Assembly: GCF_963921235.1 (NCBI RefSeq)
Contig: NC_086109.1
Coordinates: forward strand, 12,090,001-12,154,000
Length of the DNA stretch: 64,000 nucleotides
Reading direction: 5' to 3'
From: Mobula hypostoma
Taxonomy: Eukaryota
Shown: positions 63,437-64,000 of the stretch, one piece after another
Layout of the letters: every line of letters starts with the position of its first letter
Numbering within the stretch: the stretch's first letter is position 1
The notes under the pieces: model-generated
Seen by the model: the letters and a program-made list of their open reading frames with translations, nothing else
The model's database searches: none
What the model was told of the DNA's origin: nothing
Made by a program: the position numbers and the translations under genes

Positions 63437-64000
63437 TGTTGCACGGGGAGACTCAGGAGAACCCAAGTGCAGGACACCGGCACGTCGACTGAGTTGGGGA
63501 TGCTGGCGTAGACATGAACGTAGAACAGCAAACCGGAGGAATCTTGACAAGGAGACGGGATCCACAGGGACTATCTTGAAACGAGAGAAGAACTTGGAAC
63601 TAAACTTAAAACTGACAGTTCCTAGTGGATGAGAGAACGAAGTATCACACAAGAATAGACCAACAAACTGGCGACCTGTGTAGTGACGCCATCGTACTTA
63701 TTTCAGTCTCTGATGCAAACCAGGTGTACTGTAATTAAGTAACTAGCTGCAATTTGAAATCTAATGGCTGTAATTAGGGCATAATCGGAGAAAGGAGCAT
63801 TAAAGGGGAACAACCAAATGCAACCATGACAGTACACCCCACCCCCCCCCCCCCTCAAAGGGAGCCTCCTGGCGATGCCCCAGGCTTGTCTGGATGGTCC
63901 CGATGGAAACCCCGGATGACAGAAGGGTCCAGAATGTAGGAGCGGGGAATCCAGGAATGTTCCTCCGCGCCGTACCCCTCAGTCAACCAGGTACTGGAGA
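63437..64000 (-). mobile_element. 3' end of a chromodomain-bearing Gypsy (chromovirus): chromodomain, PPT, LTR
   Basis: Minus strand reads QYLVD(W)[19 protein letters not shown] (frameshifted), then a G-rich PPT, then TGTCA at 63831 running to ...GCAACA at 63437. Confidence 0.8.

Noticed and set aside
1-64000. CRISPR arrays, rRNA or genuine tRNA genes, intact autonomous TEs; many short ORFs in the track
   Set aside because: No repeat-spacer arrays are present. tRNA-like sequence occurs only in SINE heads and a PBS. All TE ORFs are interrupted, and the remaining ORFs are antisense or alternate frames of TEs and exons.

Overview
Eukaryotic genomic DNA, probably from a cartilaginous fish such as a ray or skate. 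That is inferred from the V-SINE/HE1-type SINE, shark-type CR1 tails, and the Penelope, Rex1 and fish-type L1 content. Most of the window is decayed transposable elements: L1, CR1, Rex1, RTE, Penelope, two Gypsy LTR elements, Tc1 derivatives and SINEs. Embedded on the minus strand are nine exons with mutually compatible splice phases: a candidate leader, three CD300/pIgR-like V-set Ig exons alternating with three C2-type Ig exons, a Thr-rich stalk and a transmembrane exon. I found only one leader and one TM exon. The simplest reading is one ~44-kb gene encoding a type I receptor L-(V-C2)x3-stalk-TM (2134 coding nt, at least 711 codons), resembling the modular domain immune-type receptors (MDIRs) described from skate. 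The middle C2-V cassette arose by an internal tandem duplication (about 7855-21980 vs 21981-43601, roughly 8% diverged in an intron sample). Each copy then gained its own TE insertions, so each copy shows the empty site for the other. I did not identify the cytoplasmic tail. All alignments and counts were done by eye, and TE boundaries are approximate unless a TSD is given.
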